A stretch of DNA of 64,000 bases from Promethearchaeota archaeon (GTDB lineage Archaea > Asgardarchaeota > Lokiarchaeia > Sigyniarchaeales > SOKP01), in NCBI GenBank assembly GCA_048937405.1, contig JBHLNF010000013.1, forward strand, positions 19,332-83,331. Reading direction: 5' to 3'. The notes beneath the pieces were generated by a model that was not told the origin of the DNA, made no database searches, and worked only from the letters and a program-made list of their open reading frames with translations. This document shows, in pieces, positions 20,368 to 30,105 of this stretch; within the stretch, counting starts at the first letter, position 1; each line of letters opens with the position of its first letter. Made by a program: the position numbers and the translations under genes.

Positions 20368-21027
20368 ATGGCAAGAAAGAATCAACTCCCAAAATTCCCC
20401 GATGATTACTTACTTGAAAAAGCAGAAGAGTATAATAATTCAAAATGGATGAAACGCAATCAAAACAGAACTACTCTTCAGAGTATTAAATATCTTTATG
20501 ATAAAAAATTAGAAGATGATAAAAAAACGGGGATAATAAAGAGAGAATCACCTTTAATTTTAGATTTAGGGTGTGGAACAGGCTTTTCATCAGAGATTTT
20601 AATTCAAAATGGTTTTCGAGTAATAGGAATTGATATTTCAGAAGATATGATATTAAAAGCAAGACAAAAAAAAAAAATTTTAAAAATCTATAATGATTTA
20701 GAATTAATTTTAGCAGATATTAACCATTTGCCTTTTAGAAGAAATAAAATCGATCATATTATCTCAATATCATCATATAACTTCATAACATATGGATTAG
20801 AAAATTATGGTGAGAAATTTAAACTCCTTAATGATACAGCACAGAAGCTACATGAAATATTACAGAAAAATGGAAGAATTGTAATTGAATTTTATCCTAA
20901 AGATGAGAGAGAATTGAAAATGTTTAATAAATCATTTATCAATAATAATTTTGAAGGATATATGGTAAAAAGTAACCCCAATCAAAAATCGGGTCAAACT
21001 TTTTTATTACTCAAGAAGAAGATGTAA
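20368..21027 (+). CDS. Class I SAM methyltransferase, Bud23/WBSCR22-like
   Basis: LDLGCGTGFS, GIDIS, LPF...D..ISIS, IEFYP, F.GYMV..PN. Confidence 0.75.
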   Translation: MARKNQLPKFPDDYLLEKAEEYNNSKWMKRNQNRTTLQSIKYLYDKKLEDDKKTGIIKRESPLILDLGCGTGFSSEILIQNGFRVIGIDISEDMILKARQKKKILKIYNDLELILADINHLPFRRNKIDHIISISSYNFITYGLENYGEKFKLLNDTAQKLHEILQKNGRIVIEFYPKDERELKMFNKSFINNNFEGYMVKSNPNQKSGQTFLLLKKKM

Positions 21028-21029
21028 AA

Positions 21030-22174
21030 ATGGGAACTTGTAAATTTTGCGGGAAAACTGAAAAGGTGATCTCAGATATTTTACAGGTGTGTAGAACGTG
21101 TATTTTAGAAGGAGATTGGGAAAAAATAAAACCTCATATATTAAATGTTCACAAACAAGTTCGTCAGCTGGTAAACCTTCCAGAAAAACCACCTAAGGCA
21201 GAACGACCGAATATCAAATTAAAATGTAATCTATGCATTAATGAATGTTCTTTATCTGAAAATGACGTGAGTTATTGTGGTTTGAGAAATATTCAACTTA
21301 GAAATTCAGGTGAACTACCATATCCTTCAAAATCGAAAGGATATATTCATGGGTATATAGATCCAAATCCTACAAATTGTTGCAATAGTTGGTTTTGTCC
21401 AGCAGGAACTCCAGCAGGTTATCCAGAATATTCAGATTTCGATAGTGCAGAATTTGGGACATATAGTTATGCGGTATTTTTATATGGATGTTCCTATAAT
21501 TGTCTAAGCTGTCAAAACTTTTCTCATAAATTTTTTTCAAAAAAGCATTTATTTGACGTTGAGACTTTGTCGAGTCAAATTGTAAAAAACAAGAAGATTA
21601 CATGTTTATGTTATTTTGGAGGTACTCCTGAAGTTCAACTACCCTTTTCAATTAATTTAGCTGAGAATATTATTGAAAAAATTGAAAAATTAGGAGAAAA
21701 AAGAATAATGAGGATTTGCTGGGAATGGAATGGCACTGGAAACAGAGAATGGGTGGAAAAATGCATGCAAATTGCTATAAAAACTGGAGGAAATATTAAG
21801 TTTGATTTAAAAACATTTAATGAAAAATTAAATCTTGCTCTATGTGGTATACCTAACAAAAGAACTTTAAACAACTTTCAATTTCTGGCTGAGAATTATT
21901 TTGGTACCAGAAAAGGTTTACTAGAGATGAGTGCGTGTACATTATTGGTTCCCGGGTATATAAATCACAAAGAAGTAGAAAAAATAGCTAATTTTATCAG
22001 TTCTATTAATAGTGAAATTCCTTACAGTTTATTAATATTTCATGGAGATTATCAAATGCGAGATTTAGGAATCACACCCCGCCCCGTAAACAAGCCTTAA
22101 AATGCTTGGATGTTGCTAATAAATATCTAAAAAATGTGCATTTAGGGAATAAATTTTTATTGGGATTTTCTTGA
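21030..22174 (+). pseudogene. Radical SAM protein (PflA-like archaeal family), frameshifted near the C-terminus
   Basis: GCSYNCLSC motif, YFGGTPE, WEWNG, KFDLK; duplicated CCCCG at 22077-22086 shifts the frame; the other frame continues KQALKCLDVANKYLKNVHLGNKFLLGFS to TGA 22174. Confidence 0.75.
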
Positions 22175-22283
22175 AATTATTTGAATTGCTCTTTATCAAT
22201 TCTATAATAAAATTTATTTAATAGGAATAATTTCGATAACACAGCAAACGTGATTTTAAATAAATTTTCGTGGTGAGTGAAAA

Positions 22284-22589
22284 ATACAAAAAGCACGCAT
22301 ACGGTTGTCATCTACTCAATTAAATGCATTACAATCAGTATGCGAACAAGTTCAAGCGGTATGTAGTTCTCAAGGAATTCGAAAGAATGGACCTATCCCA
22401 CTCCCTACCAAACGATTACGTGTTCCTGTTAGAAAAGCTCCTTCTGGGCAAGGTACTGCAACTTGGGCAAAATTTGAGATGCGTATTCATAAACGTTTAT
22501 TTGAAATTATTGCTAATGAGAGAAGCATGCATCTTATTATGAAGATTCAGATTCCTGAATCAGTATTAGTAGAAATTGAATTAATGTAA
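22284..22589 (+). CDS. rpsJ: 30S ribosomal protein uS10, apparently starting at ATA
   Basis: (I/M)QKARIRL..GPIPLPTKRLRVPVRKAPSGQGTATW..FEMRIHKRL; GGTGA at 22272; in-frame stop at 22278. Confidence 0.93.
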   Translation: MQKARIRLSSTQLNALQSVCEQVQAVCSSQGIRKNGPIPLPTKRLRVPVRKAPSGQGTATWAKFEMRIHKRLFEIIANERSMHLIMKIQIPESVLVEIELM

Positions 22590-22614
22590 AACTATTTCTC
22601 ACAATAAATTCTGA

Positions 22615-23376
22615 TTATAACACCCCTAAATCAATTTGAGTTGGTTCATTAGCCAATTTTGCTTTTTTATCGATCTGAATACTATTAACATAATAGATGT
22701 TCCCTAAAATCTCAGATCCTTGACCAATTGCAACGTCTTTACCTTTGATATCTCCTTCTACACGGGTTTTAATTATATCGACGTTCTTTTTAGCTAATAT
22801 ACTCCCTTGTATTTTATAATGCTGTTTTTTTATTTTTTCCCTTGAAATTCCAAAAAAAATGTTTTCGGCAATAATATTTCCTCCAATACTAGTAGTTCCA
22901 TCAATAGAAATTTTTTTTTCAGAAGCTAGATTCCCATTTATTTCTGAAGAACCAGAAAAATTTATTCCTTGATCTCCTCTAACAAAATGTCCTGCCTTAA
23001 AATTTCCTGAAACTATTAAAGATCCTTGAATATTTATCACATTTCCTATTTCTGTTGACCCAGAAAAATCAGCTTCTCCATCTCCAACAAGAAACCCCGC
23101 AATATTCAATGAACCCGAGCTACTAATATCCCCATGTACAGTTAAATTCCCGGATCCCTTTATCATTCCATTTGAAGTTAAACCGTTGCATTCTAAATCT
23201 CCATTAATTGTTCCTGAACCTGAAATTCGAAGAGATTTATTAATTTTTCCTCCTGAGATTTTAGCAGATCCAGAAGCACTAATATGTTCCTCAAATTCCA
23301 TTAAATCTCCAGAGCTAGTTATCACAGCTCTTTTTTTATCTTGCTTAATGGAATTATCTTCATTTTTTTTAATCAT
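22615..23376 (-). CDS. Bactofilin-like (polymer-forming) beta-helix protein
   Basis: Repeated ISGS/SG..I.G.I units. Confidence 0.75.
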   Translation of the reverse strand: MIKKNEDNSIKQDKKRAVITSSGDLMEFEEHISASGSAKISGGKINKSLRISGSGTINGDLECNGLTSNGMIKGSGNLTVHGDISSSGSLNIAGFLVGDGEADFSGSTEIGNVINIQGSLIVSGNFKAGHFVRGDQGINFSGSSEINGNLASEKKISIDGTTSIGGNIIAENIFFGISREKIKKQHYKIQGSILAKKNVDIIKTRVEGDIKGKDVAIGQGSEILGNIYYVNSIQIDKKAKLANEPTQIDLGVL

Positions 23377-23559
23377 AATAATTCGCTTGTAAAAACTATT
23401 TAGTATTAAATAACCACAATTTTTTTAAAACTTTTTCCCTTTTCTAGAAATTTTTGCAAAAAATAGCTTTTTAATTACTCAGATTTAAATCAATATATGA
23501 TAATATTTTTAGTGAATAAACACGATTTTGCTTGAAATATGTTTTATGAGTGAGTTAAA

Positions 23560-24285
23560 TTGGCTGATTTTCACATAAAAACCTTTTATGGACATAAAAA
23601 AAGTTTAAGAGTTTCAAGTCCATCTAAACAAGCTCCTTATATTTTTTTAAGTTGTATATATAGAAAGGATGATGGGTCATGGGAGAAACTTTCTGAAGGA
23701 GAAGGAAAGACAGTACGACTATCTATTGAGGAGATTATTTGTATTTTAGAAGTTCTTTATAGAAGAAGTGCAAATTGGAGAGGATATCATATTTTTCATG
23801 ACCGGAAAACAGAGATTTATGTTGGATGGGAAGATGAATCTCGTCAAATCTTACGGATTCAAATAGGCGAATATATAAAGAAACTTCAATTTCCAAATCT
23901 AAATTTGATGACATTACTTTTAGATCATATCCTTAAGGAAAAAATCGAATTTGCTACAAGTGGTAGTTATGAAACCAACACAATGCAAAAAGTAGAAATT
24001 GATGAGGAAGCTGAATTTGGACTTTTGACAGAACATAAAATTGACAGAGATGGTTTGCATATTGTAGAAACTACAGAGTATAGTACATCAAAAAGTACAG
24101 TTGAAATTAAAGCTAAAATAAAGGCTGAAAGTCCTAAAGCTTTGTTGATTACCTTACAATCTGGAGAGGAGTTTTGGATACCAAAGAGCACGTTAAAATC
24201 TGATTATGATGTTAATCAAAAAAGTAAACTTCAAAAATTTATTGTAGATAAATGGATCATTGAAAAAAATAAAATTATAAAATGA
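23560..24285 (+). CDS. Whirly/PC4-like ssDNA-binding domain plus C-terminal small beta-barrel
   Basis: FYGHKKSLRV...IFLSC..RK.DGSWEK....KTVRLSIEEI; C-terminal ESPKALLI.....EFWIPKS. Confidence 0.5.
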   Translation: MADFHIKTFYGHKKSLRVSSPSKQAPYIFLSCIYRKDDGSWEKLSEGEGKTVRLSIEEIICILEVLYRRSANWRGYHIFHDRKTEIYVGWEDESRQILRIQIGEYIKKLQFPNLNLMTLLLDHILKEKIEFATSGSYETNTMQKVEIDEEAEFGLLTEHKIDRDGLHIVETTEYSTSKSTVEIKAKIKAESPKALLITLQSGEEFWIPKSTLKSDYDVNQKSKLQKFIVDKWIIEKNKIIK

Positions 24286-25541
24286 AAGACCTTAATCATA
24301 ATCTAAGAATTTATGAAAATCCAATATTCTTGAACCTTTTTCTGTTAATTGTCAATATAATCTTCTTTATTTTAAAATTAATATTTTCATCTCTAACTCA
24401 TAGTATAGCGCTTCGAGCTGACGCTTTTGATACACTCACAGATATAGTTATGGTATTTGCGGCTTTTATAGGGTTTCTATATTCCAAAAAAAAACCTAAT
24501 GAGAAATTTCCTTATGGTTATTATAAAATTGAAAATATTATTAGTTTGTTCATTTCATTGTTCATTTTTTATACAGCTTATAATATCATTCTGCAAACTT
24601 TTCAAGATTTCATTAATATTACTCAAGGTGATTTTAGAATTATAAGAATCTCGCTCTTATCTATGATCTTTTTGATAATTTCTCTCATAGTATCTTTAAT
24701 CATAACTTTCTATTTAAGATTAGTTGGAAAAAAAACTAATTCGCCCGTAATTACGTCAGAAGCAAGTGAAAAATTCTATGATAATATAATTTCATTATCT
24801 GTCTTAATGGGATTTATAGGCTCTGCTTTTAATCTTTACTTTTTAGATTCAATTATCGGACTGATTATTACCATTTTTATAATTAAAGGTGGTTTTGATA
24901 TTTTCTTAAACTCTACAAAAGTTTTACTTGATGCGGTGATAGATTTTGAGAAAAGAACTGAACTTAATAATATGATAAATAGTTTCCCGAAGATTAAAAA
25001 AATAGAGAGTTTAAATGTAAGAGCCTATGGAAAATACATATTTTTAGAAATAAGTATTAGTTTAAATAAAGATCTTTCTCTAATTCAAGTCCAATCGTTA
25101 AAAAATCAATTAATATTTAAAATAAAAGAAAAATATCCACAAATTTTCAAAGTGTTGATCTTAATTCAAACTCAACAGAATCCTATAACTAAAGTGTCGG
25201 TTCCATTAATCGATAATAGTGGGTTATATTCTAAATTATCCGAACATTTTGGTGAAGCTCTTTATTTTGCTTTGTTAGAAATTAAGGAAAATGATAAAGA
25301 GAGACGATTATTAAATTATAATATCTTTAATAATCGATATATAAATGAAGAGAAGAGAAAAGGAATCTTAATTTCAGATTGGCTAATCTCAATGAAAATA
25401 GATAAAATTTATTTAAAGAAGGAGTTAAAGATTGGGCCTAATTTGATTTTTGAAAAAAGTTTTATTCAAATCGTAATAACACCTTATAATGAATTAAGCG
25501 AAATAATAGACTATGAATTAAATTATGTAAATTCTTCATAA
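24282..25541 (+). CDS. Cation diffusion facilitator with C-terminal NifB/NifX-like domain
   Basis: SIALRADAFDT..D, FPYGYYKIE, ZT_dimer-like region, SEHFGEALYF. Confidence 0.85.
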   Translation: MKDLNHNLRIYENPIFLNLFLLIVNIIFFILKLIFSSLTHSIALRADAFDTLTDIVMVFAAFIGFLYSKKKPNEKFPYGYYKIENIISLFISLFIFYTAYNIILQTFQDFINITQGDFRIIRISLLSMIFLIISLIVSLIITFYLRLVGKKTNSPVITSEASEKFYDNIISLSVLMGFIGSAFNLYFLDSIIGLIITIFIIKGGFDIFLNSTKVLLDAVIDFEKRTELNNMINSFPKIKKIESLNVRAYGKYIFLEISISLNKDLSLIQVQSLKNQLIFKIKEKYPQIFKVLILIQTQQNPITKVSVPLIDNSGLYSKLSEHFGEALYFALLEIKENDKERRLLNYNIFNNRYINEEKRKGILISDWLISMKIDKIYLKKELKIGPNLIFEKSFIQIVITPYNELSEIIDYELNYVNSS

Positions 25542-25596
25542 AAATTATTTATTAATTTGGATATGTTTCTGTAATCAAAAATAAAATCTGATCTTA

Positions 25597-26427
25597 ATGG
25601 AATATAATATAAATTTTTTAAAGCAGCTTGTTATAAGTGTATATGATACAATAAAGCCATTATTAGGATCAAAACAAGCAGCGAAAAAGTCAAAAAGAGG
25701 CGCAGGAGGAGATGTTTCGATGTATATTGATCTTGTTGCTGAAAATACTATTATTGAATTCTTAGAAGATAAAAATGCTAATCTATTATTGATAAGTGAA
25801 GAAATTGGAGAAAGATATATCGGAGATGAAGAGATTGCAAGGAAAAAAAAAAATGTACTAATAGTTGATCCTATTGATGGATCAAATAATGCTATTAGAG
25901 GTATCCCTTTCTGTTCAGTTTCTATTGCTTATGCGATTGGAGATAATGTTAATGATATAAAAAGAGCGGTAGTACTTGACTTGACTACAAAAGACATCTA
26001 TTGGGCAGAAAAAGGAAAAGGCTCCTATTTGAATGGTTCAAGAATCTATGTTTCTAATCTTGAAATACCAAAAGAGTGTTTTTTTGAACTAAATCTTCCT
26101 ATGAAAGACCTAATAAAGAATTTGAATATACTAGATCCACTCATAAGAAAATTTTACAAAATTCGAATATTAGGCAGTAGTGCTTTATCCCTATGTCAAA
26201 TTGCTAAAGGTAGCATGGATATATTTATTAACATGAGAAAAAGTAATCGATTAGTTGATGTAGCAGCAGGTATCTTAATTTTAAAAGAAGCGGGAGGAAG
26301 GATTTTTTCTCTTGATGGGGCGGAAATAAAAAATCCCTTATCGATTAATGAAAAATTTCCGTTTATTGCTTGTAATGCTAAGTTAGAATTATTTCTAAAA
26401 GAGGAATTTATAAACAAAAAGAAATGA
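25597..26427 (+). CDS. Inositol monophosphatase / fructose-1,6-bisphosphatase (archaeal IMPase/FBPase)
   Basis: GAGGD...IDLVAE, ISEE, DPIDGSNNA, RILGS, DVAAG. Confidence 0.9.
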   Translation: MEYNINFLKQLVISVYDTIKPLLGSKQAAKKSKRGAGGDVSMYIDLVAENTIIEFLEDKNANLLLISEEIGERYIGDEEIARKKKNVLIVDPIDGSNNAIRGIPFCSVSIAYAIGDNVNDIKRAVVLDLTTKDIYWAEKGKGSYLNGSRIYVSNLEIPKECFFELNLPMKDLIKNLNILDPLIRKFYKIRILGSSALSLCQIAKGSMDIFINMRKSNRLVDVAAGILILKEAGGRIFSLDGAEIKNPLSINEKFPFIACNAKLELFLKEEFINKKK

Positions 26428-26474
26428 GGCTCTAAATATTTTGGAAAATCAAAAAAGTATGTAATTTTTAATTT

Positions 26475-27080
26475 ATGACTGAATTAAAACGTTTGAATAG
26501 GGAATTTTTCAGTAAAAACACAGAACTTGTTGCGAAAGAATTATTAGGCAATTACTTAGTACGAAAAACAGAAAGAGGACAATTGATTGGTAAAATTATT
26601 GAAGTAGAAGCCTATCTTGGACCACATGATAAAGCAAGTCATTCTTATAATTATAAAAAAACAGAGAGAACAAAAATTATGTATAAGAAACCAGGAACTT
26701 TATATATTTATCTGATATATGGCTTATATTATTGTTTAAACGTGATAACTGAGCCAAAAGAAATACCTTGTGCTGTATTAATTAGAAAACTATATCCTAT
26801 TGATGGAATTGACTTAATGATGGAAAATAGGAAAGTAAGGATTGGAAAAAAATTTAAAAATCTAGTAGATGGACCAGGTAAGCTCTGTACAGCTTTAAAT
26901 ATAACCAAGGATATTTTCAATGGTAAAGATTCGTGTAGCTCTAGCTCAAAACTATATTTTACTCAAGGAGAGAAATCACAAAACAAAAAAATCATATTAA
27001 ATAAGAGAATTAGCATAGATTATGCCGAGGAAGATAAAGATCGATTATTAAGGTTTACTTTAGAAAATGAAATCTTATGA
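26475..27080 (+). CDS. mpg: 3-methyladenine DNA glycosylase (MPG/AAG family)
   Basis: IIEVEAYLG..DKASHS, YIYLIYG, AVLIR, GPGKLC. Confidence 0.92.
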   Translation: MTELKRLNREFFSKNTELVAKELLGNYLVRKTERGQLIGKIIEVEAYLGPHDKASHSYNYKKTERTKIMYKKPGTLYIYLIYGLYYCLNVITEPKEIPCAVLIRKLYPIDGIDLMMENRKVRIGKKFKNLVDGPGKLCTALNITKDIFNGKDSCSSSSKLYFTQGEKSQNKKIILNKRISIDYAEEDKDRLLRFTLENEIL

Positions 27081-27214
27081 TTTCTATTTTACTTAAAGTT
27101 GACATTAATGGATAAATTTATATATGTGTATTTGTGATTTTTTCTTGTAATTTAGGGTATAAGGAAATTATGGTTTAAATAACAAAAATGTAATTTATTT
27201 TACGAGGTGATTTT

Positions 27215-27667
27215 ATCACTAGGGATGCTTTAAAATTTTTTCAAGCATATATTAAAGAGATGATTGATATAGGTGGTGAAAATTTACCAAAAGCAATTTC
27301 TACTAAATCTGGTGCAAAGTTAGGTAAATTATATAAAAAAATGGGAAAACCTTCAAATATTGGAACTACTTTAAAACAACTTTATTCTGTTCTAAATGGA
27401 AAACCAGTATTAAATCAACTAGATGAAAATACTTATGAAGTAATCATAAAATATCCTAAGAAATTTTGTCCAATTGGAGGTTCCTACAATCCCTCTAGAG
27501 CTTCAATCTTTCAAGAGAATATCTGTATTCCTTATACAAGAGGGTTCTTGAATGAATTATTTCCCCAATTTATTACTGAATCAGAAATATTAAAATGCAT
27601 TCCGCAAAATAATGATAAAAGTTGTTATTACATTTTAAAGGTTAAAAAAAAAGAAAATATAGTTTAA
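27215..27667 (+). CDS. V4R-like small-molecule-binding protein, paralogue of the next gene; probable ATC start
   Basis: Homology to the 27873 ORF (DALKFFQAYI.EMID.GG.NLPK) extends 15 codons upstream of ATG 27260; GAGGTGA at 27204; CPIGG, CIPYT and C..C motifs. Confidence 0.7.
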   Translation: MTRDALKFFQAYIKEMIDIGGENLPKAISTKSGAKLGKLYKKMGKPSNIGTTLKQLYSVLNGKPVLNQLDENTYEVIIKYPKKFCPIGGSYNPSRASIFQENICIPYTRGFLNELFPQFITESEILKCIPQNNDKSCYYILKVKKKENIV

Positions 27668-27872
27668 ATATAACATAATTATCACGAACCTAATATCTTT
27701 GGGATAAAATACTTGTACATCCTAAATCAGATTTTAGTTTTTTCAAAAAAATTTAAGCTCCTTGTATAGATGATTTATTGCTAAATAAATAATTCTTATA
27801 ACAATTCTTAAATACTTTAACATTGAGATTTATTTATCTTTTAACTTAAGTACAAATTTATCTTTAACAAAG

Positions 27873-28331
27873 ATGTCAAAAAACAAAGATGCCTTAAAAT
27901 TCTTCCAAGCATATATTAATGAGATGATTGATGTAGGAGGTGTAAATCTTCCTAAATCGATTTCTGCTAGTCTAGGTGCCAAATTAGGAAAATTATTAAA
28001 AAATCGTGGAATTGAGGGCGTAGAAAATAATTTAAAACAAATATATAATGCTCTCAATGCTAAAACTCAAATTAAAAATATAGATAATAATACTTTAGAA
28101 ATTACGATAAGTCACGCTTCAAATTTCTGTCCAATTGGGGGAAAGCTTAATCCAGAACGTGCTGAACTCATTCGAAATACAATCTGTATACCCTATACTA
28201 GGGCAATATTGAATACTGCTAATCCTGAAATTATATATGATATCAAAACGATAGAATGCATTCTTGAATCAAATAATAAAAACTGCGTGTATCAATTGAT
28301 AAAAAAATCAGAAAATAATAAAATCGGATGA
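27873..28331 (+). CDS. V4R-like protein (tandem paralogue)
   Basis: CPIGG...CIPYT...EC......C pattern shared with the previous ORF. Confidence 0.75.
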   Translation: MSKNKDALKFFQAYINEMIDVGGVNLPKSISASLGAKLGKLLKNRGIEGVENNLKQIYNALNAKTQIKNIDNNTLEITISHASNFCPIGGKLNPERAELIRNTICIPYTRAILNTANPEIIYDIKTIECILESNNKNCVYQLIKKSENNKIG

Positions 28332-28343
28332 TGAAAGTTTAAA

Positions 28344-28653
28344 AAACCTGAACCTCGACATCAATCCTAATATTATGACCAAATTATCTCATATCCCTCC
28401 ACTGCCTTAACCATGAAGCGTGAACACCTATAGTTACGGTTGCTCCATCCCTGGCCTAACCGGTTTTCTAATTACGAGCTTATACCTCTCCTACAAAAGA
28501 TACTGCTCTGATACCCACCATCATGGGGACAGCTTCGCCAGAATATAAGATTGGATAATATTACTCATGAAATCTAAATTCAGGCAATTTCCACTGTGAG
28601 CATTTTGTGGTCCACCCAGCATGGGGATTCAAGCATTGCCCAACTTGCTCACT
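28344..28653 (-). ncRNA. ffs: Signal recognition particle RNA (7S/SRP RNA)
   Basis: Minus-strand helix 8 CGGTT-AGG-CCA-GGGA-TGG-AGC-AACCG (28437-28462); long-range stem CCTGAATTT/AGGTTCAGG; 5' Alu-like domain closed by GTGAGCA/TGCTCAC; about 310 nt ending in a U tract. Confidence 0.9.
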
Positions 28654-28731
28654 GAATTTAAATTATTATTAAAATTTAAATTTATATTTTTATGAAAGAC
28701 TATTACATTTCTTTTATGGTATCATAAATTA

Positions 28732-28896
28732 TTATTTTGAAGAATGTAAATTCTTTTTAATTTCTTTTCTTCTAATAATAGAGAGGAATTCTTTAGTATC
28801 TGGAAAAACATAGGTAAGACCTTCCCCATCATCATCAACAATAATCTCTTTATAAAATTTGCCTTTAACCTTTTCATTCAAATCATTTAAAATCAT
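28732..28896 (-). CDS. Small hypothetical protein (54 aa), below the ORF track cut-off
   Basis: MILNDLNEKVKGKFYKEIIVDDDGEGLTYVFPDTKEFLSIIRRKEIKKNLHSSK; protein-like composition, fills the intergenic gap. Confidence 0.55.
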   Translation of the reverse strand: MILNDLNEKVKGKFYKEIIVDDDGEGLTYVFPDTKEFLSIIRRKEIKKNLHSSK

Positions 28897-29001
28897 GAAT
28901 TAAAAGTATGAGATAAGGCTTCATAAAAATCTATAACATAGTGATAATACATTTATTAGAGTAGTATTAACAATAACTTGAGGTAGTAATAACAAGTATA
29001 A

Positions 29002-29856
29002 TTAATTTAAAAGAATTTGTTCAAGAAATAAGGTTATCTCTTTGTTGGCTGATTTTCCATGGTTGAACATACCATTTAGATATGTATTTAAAAACACTTT
29101 GATTTCAAAATTAAGATCTTTGATATCCACATATGTATATTTATGCATCAATTTCTTTTCATCGATCAAAGGTTTTATATGTTTCTCTATTAAACTTAAT
29201 GTAAAATTGACAACTGAATTAATAACTTTTTCTTTATCATCTGAAGATAGTTCATAAATACCTTGAATGGTTTTATTTCTCAAATCATTTAGCTCTATTA
29301 AAGCCTTTTCCAACTCTGGTTTAAGGTTTAGCATTTTTATTTTTTTGGCTAAAGATTCATCATTTATATTCTCTAATTGAGAATTACAATAATTTTCTAA
29401 ATTCGCATAGAATCTTACTAAAAGTTTAAATGTATCATTTATTTCATACATGTTTCTCCAGATCTTTAAATCTAAACCTTTAAGAGAGGTTTCTATATCC
29501 TTTCTAACCTTTTGGGCAGCTAAAGTTAAATATTGAGAATAATCTTCAAATTGAAATCCAAAATAATAGCTGTTATATTTTTGGTTAATATCTTTTTTAG
29601 TAATATTTTGAGATTGAATTTTCTCTTTTTTTACAATCTCCTTTACAAATTTCATTATATAATTGCAGTTAGGACAATACGTAATCCAAGAGCTAAGAAT
29701 AACTTCTGCAGGTTTTACACCGTTAGAACTAATGTATCCATTAAAACCTGACAATAATTTACCATCAGAAGAAAATGTTGCTTCTTCTGGATAAAATGTT
29801 CTGGGTACAAAAGTAATACTACAAAGTGGACATTTTAGTTTTTCTTTTTTTTTCAT
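29002..29856 (-). CDS. Zn-ribbon protein with helical, degenerate HEPN-like C-terminal domain
   Basis: CPLC...CPNC; LNDLRNKTIQG resembles RxxxxH with His replaced by Gln. Confidence 0.55.
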   Translation of the reverse strand: MKKKEKLKCPLCSITFVPRTFYPEEATFSSDGKLLSGFNGYISSNGVKPAEVILSSWITYCPNCNYIMKFVKEIVKKEKIQSQNITKKDINQKYNSYYFGFQFEDYSQYLTLAAQKVRKDIETSLKGLDLKIWRNMYEINDTFKLLVRFYANLENYCNSQLENINDESLAKKIKMLNLKPELEKALIELNDLRNKTIQGIYELSSDDKEKVINSVVNFTLSLIEKHIKPLIDEKKLMHKYTYVDIKDLNFEIKVFLNTYLNGMFNHGKSANKEITLFLEQILLN

Positions 29857-30105
29857 AGCACACTAAATCATATTTGTAATTATTAATCAATTAATAGCTA
29901 AATATCACAATTCATAGCATAATCGTAATATATATATCGAAATAATATGTAGAACATATTTCTCGAAACAAAGAATCTTCAATCTGTTTAAAAAAGAAAT
30001 ATATCTGTTTATTACATAATAAGAATAATAATTTAGTTGTAAAATTTTAGTTGGTTTATCACTATAAAAAGTTTTACAACAAAGAAAAGATATGTAAGAT
30101 CTAAT

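Noticed and set aside
28328-28351. ATGATGA ... CTGA on the plus strand resembling half a C/D sRNA
   Set aside because: It overlaps a stop codon and the antisense of the SRP RNA 3' end; there is no convincing C'/D pair or terminal stem.
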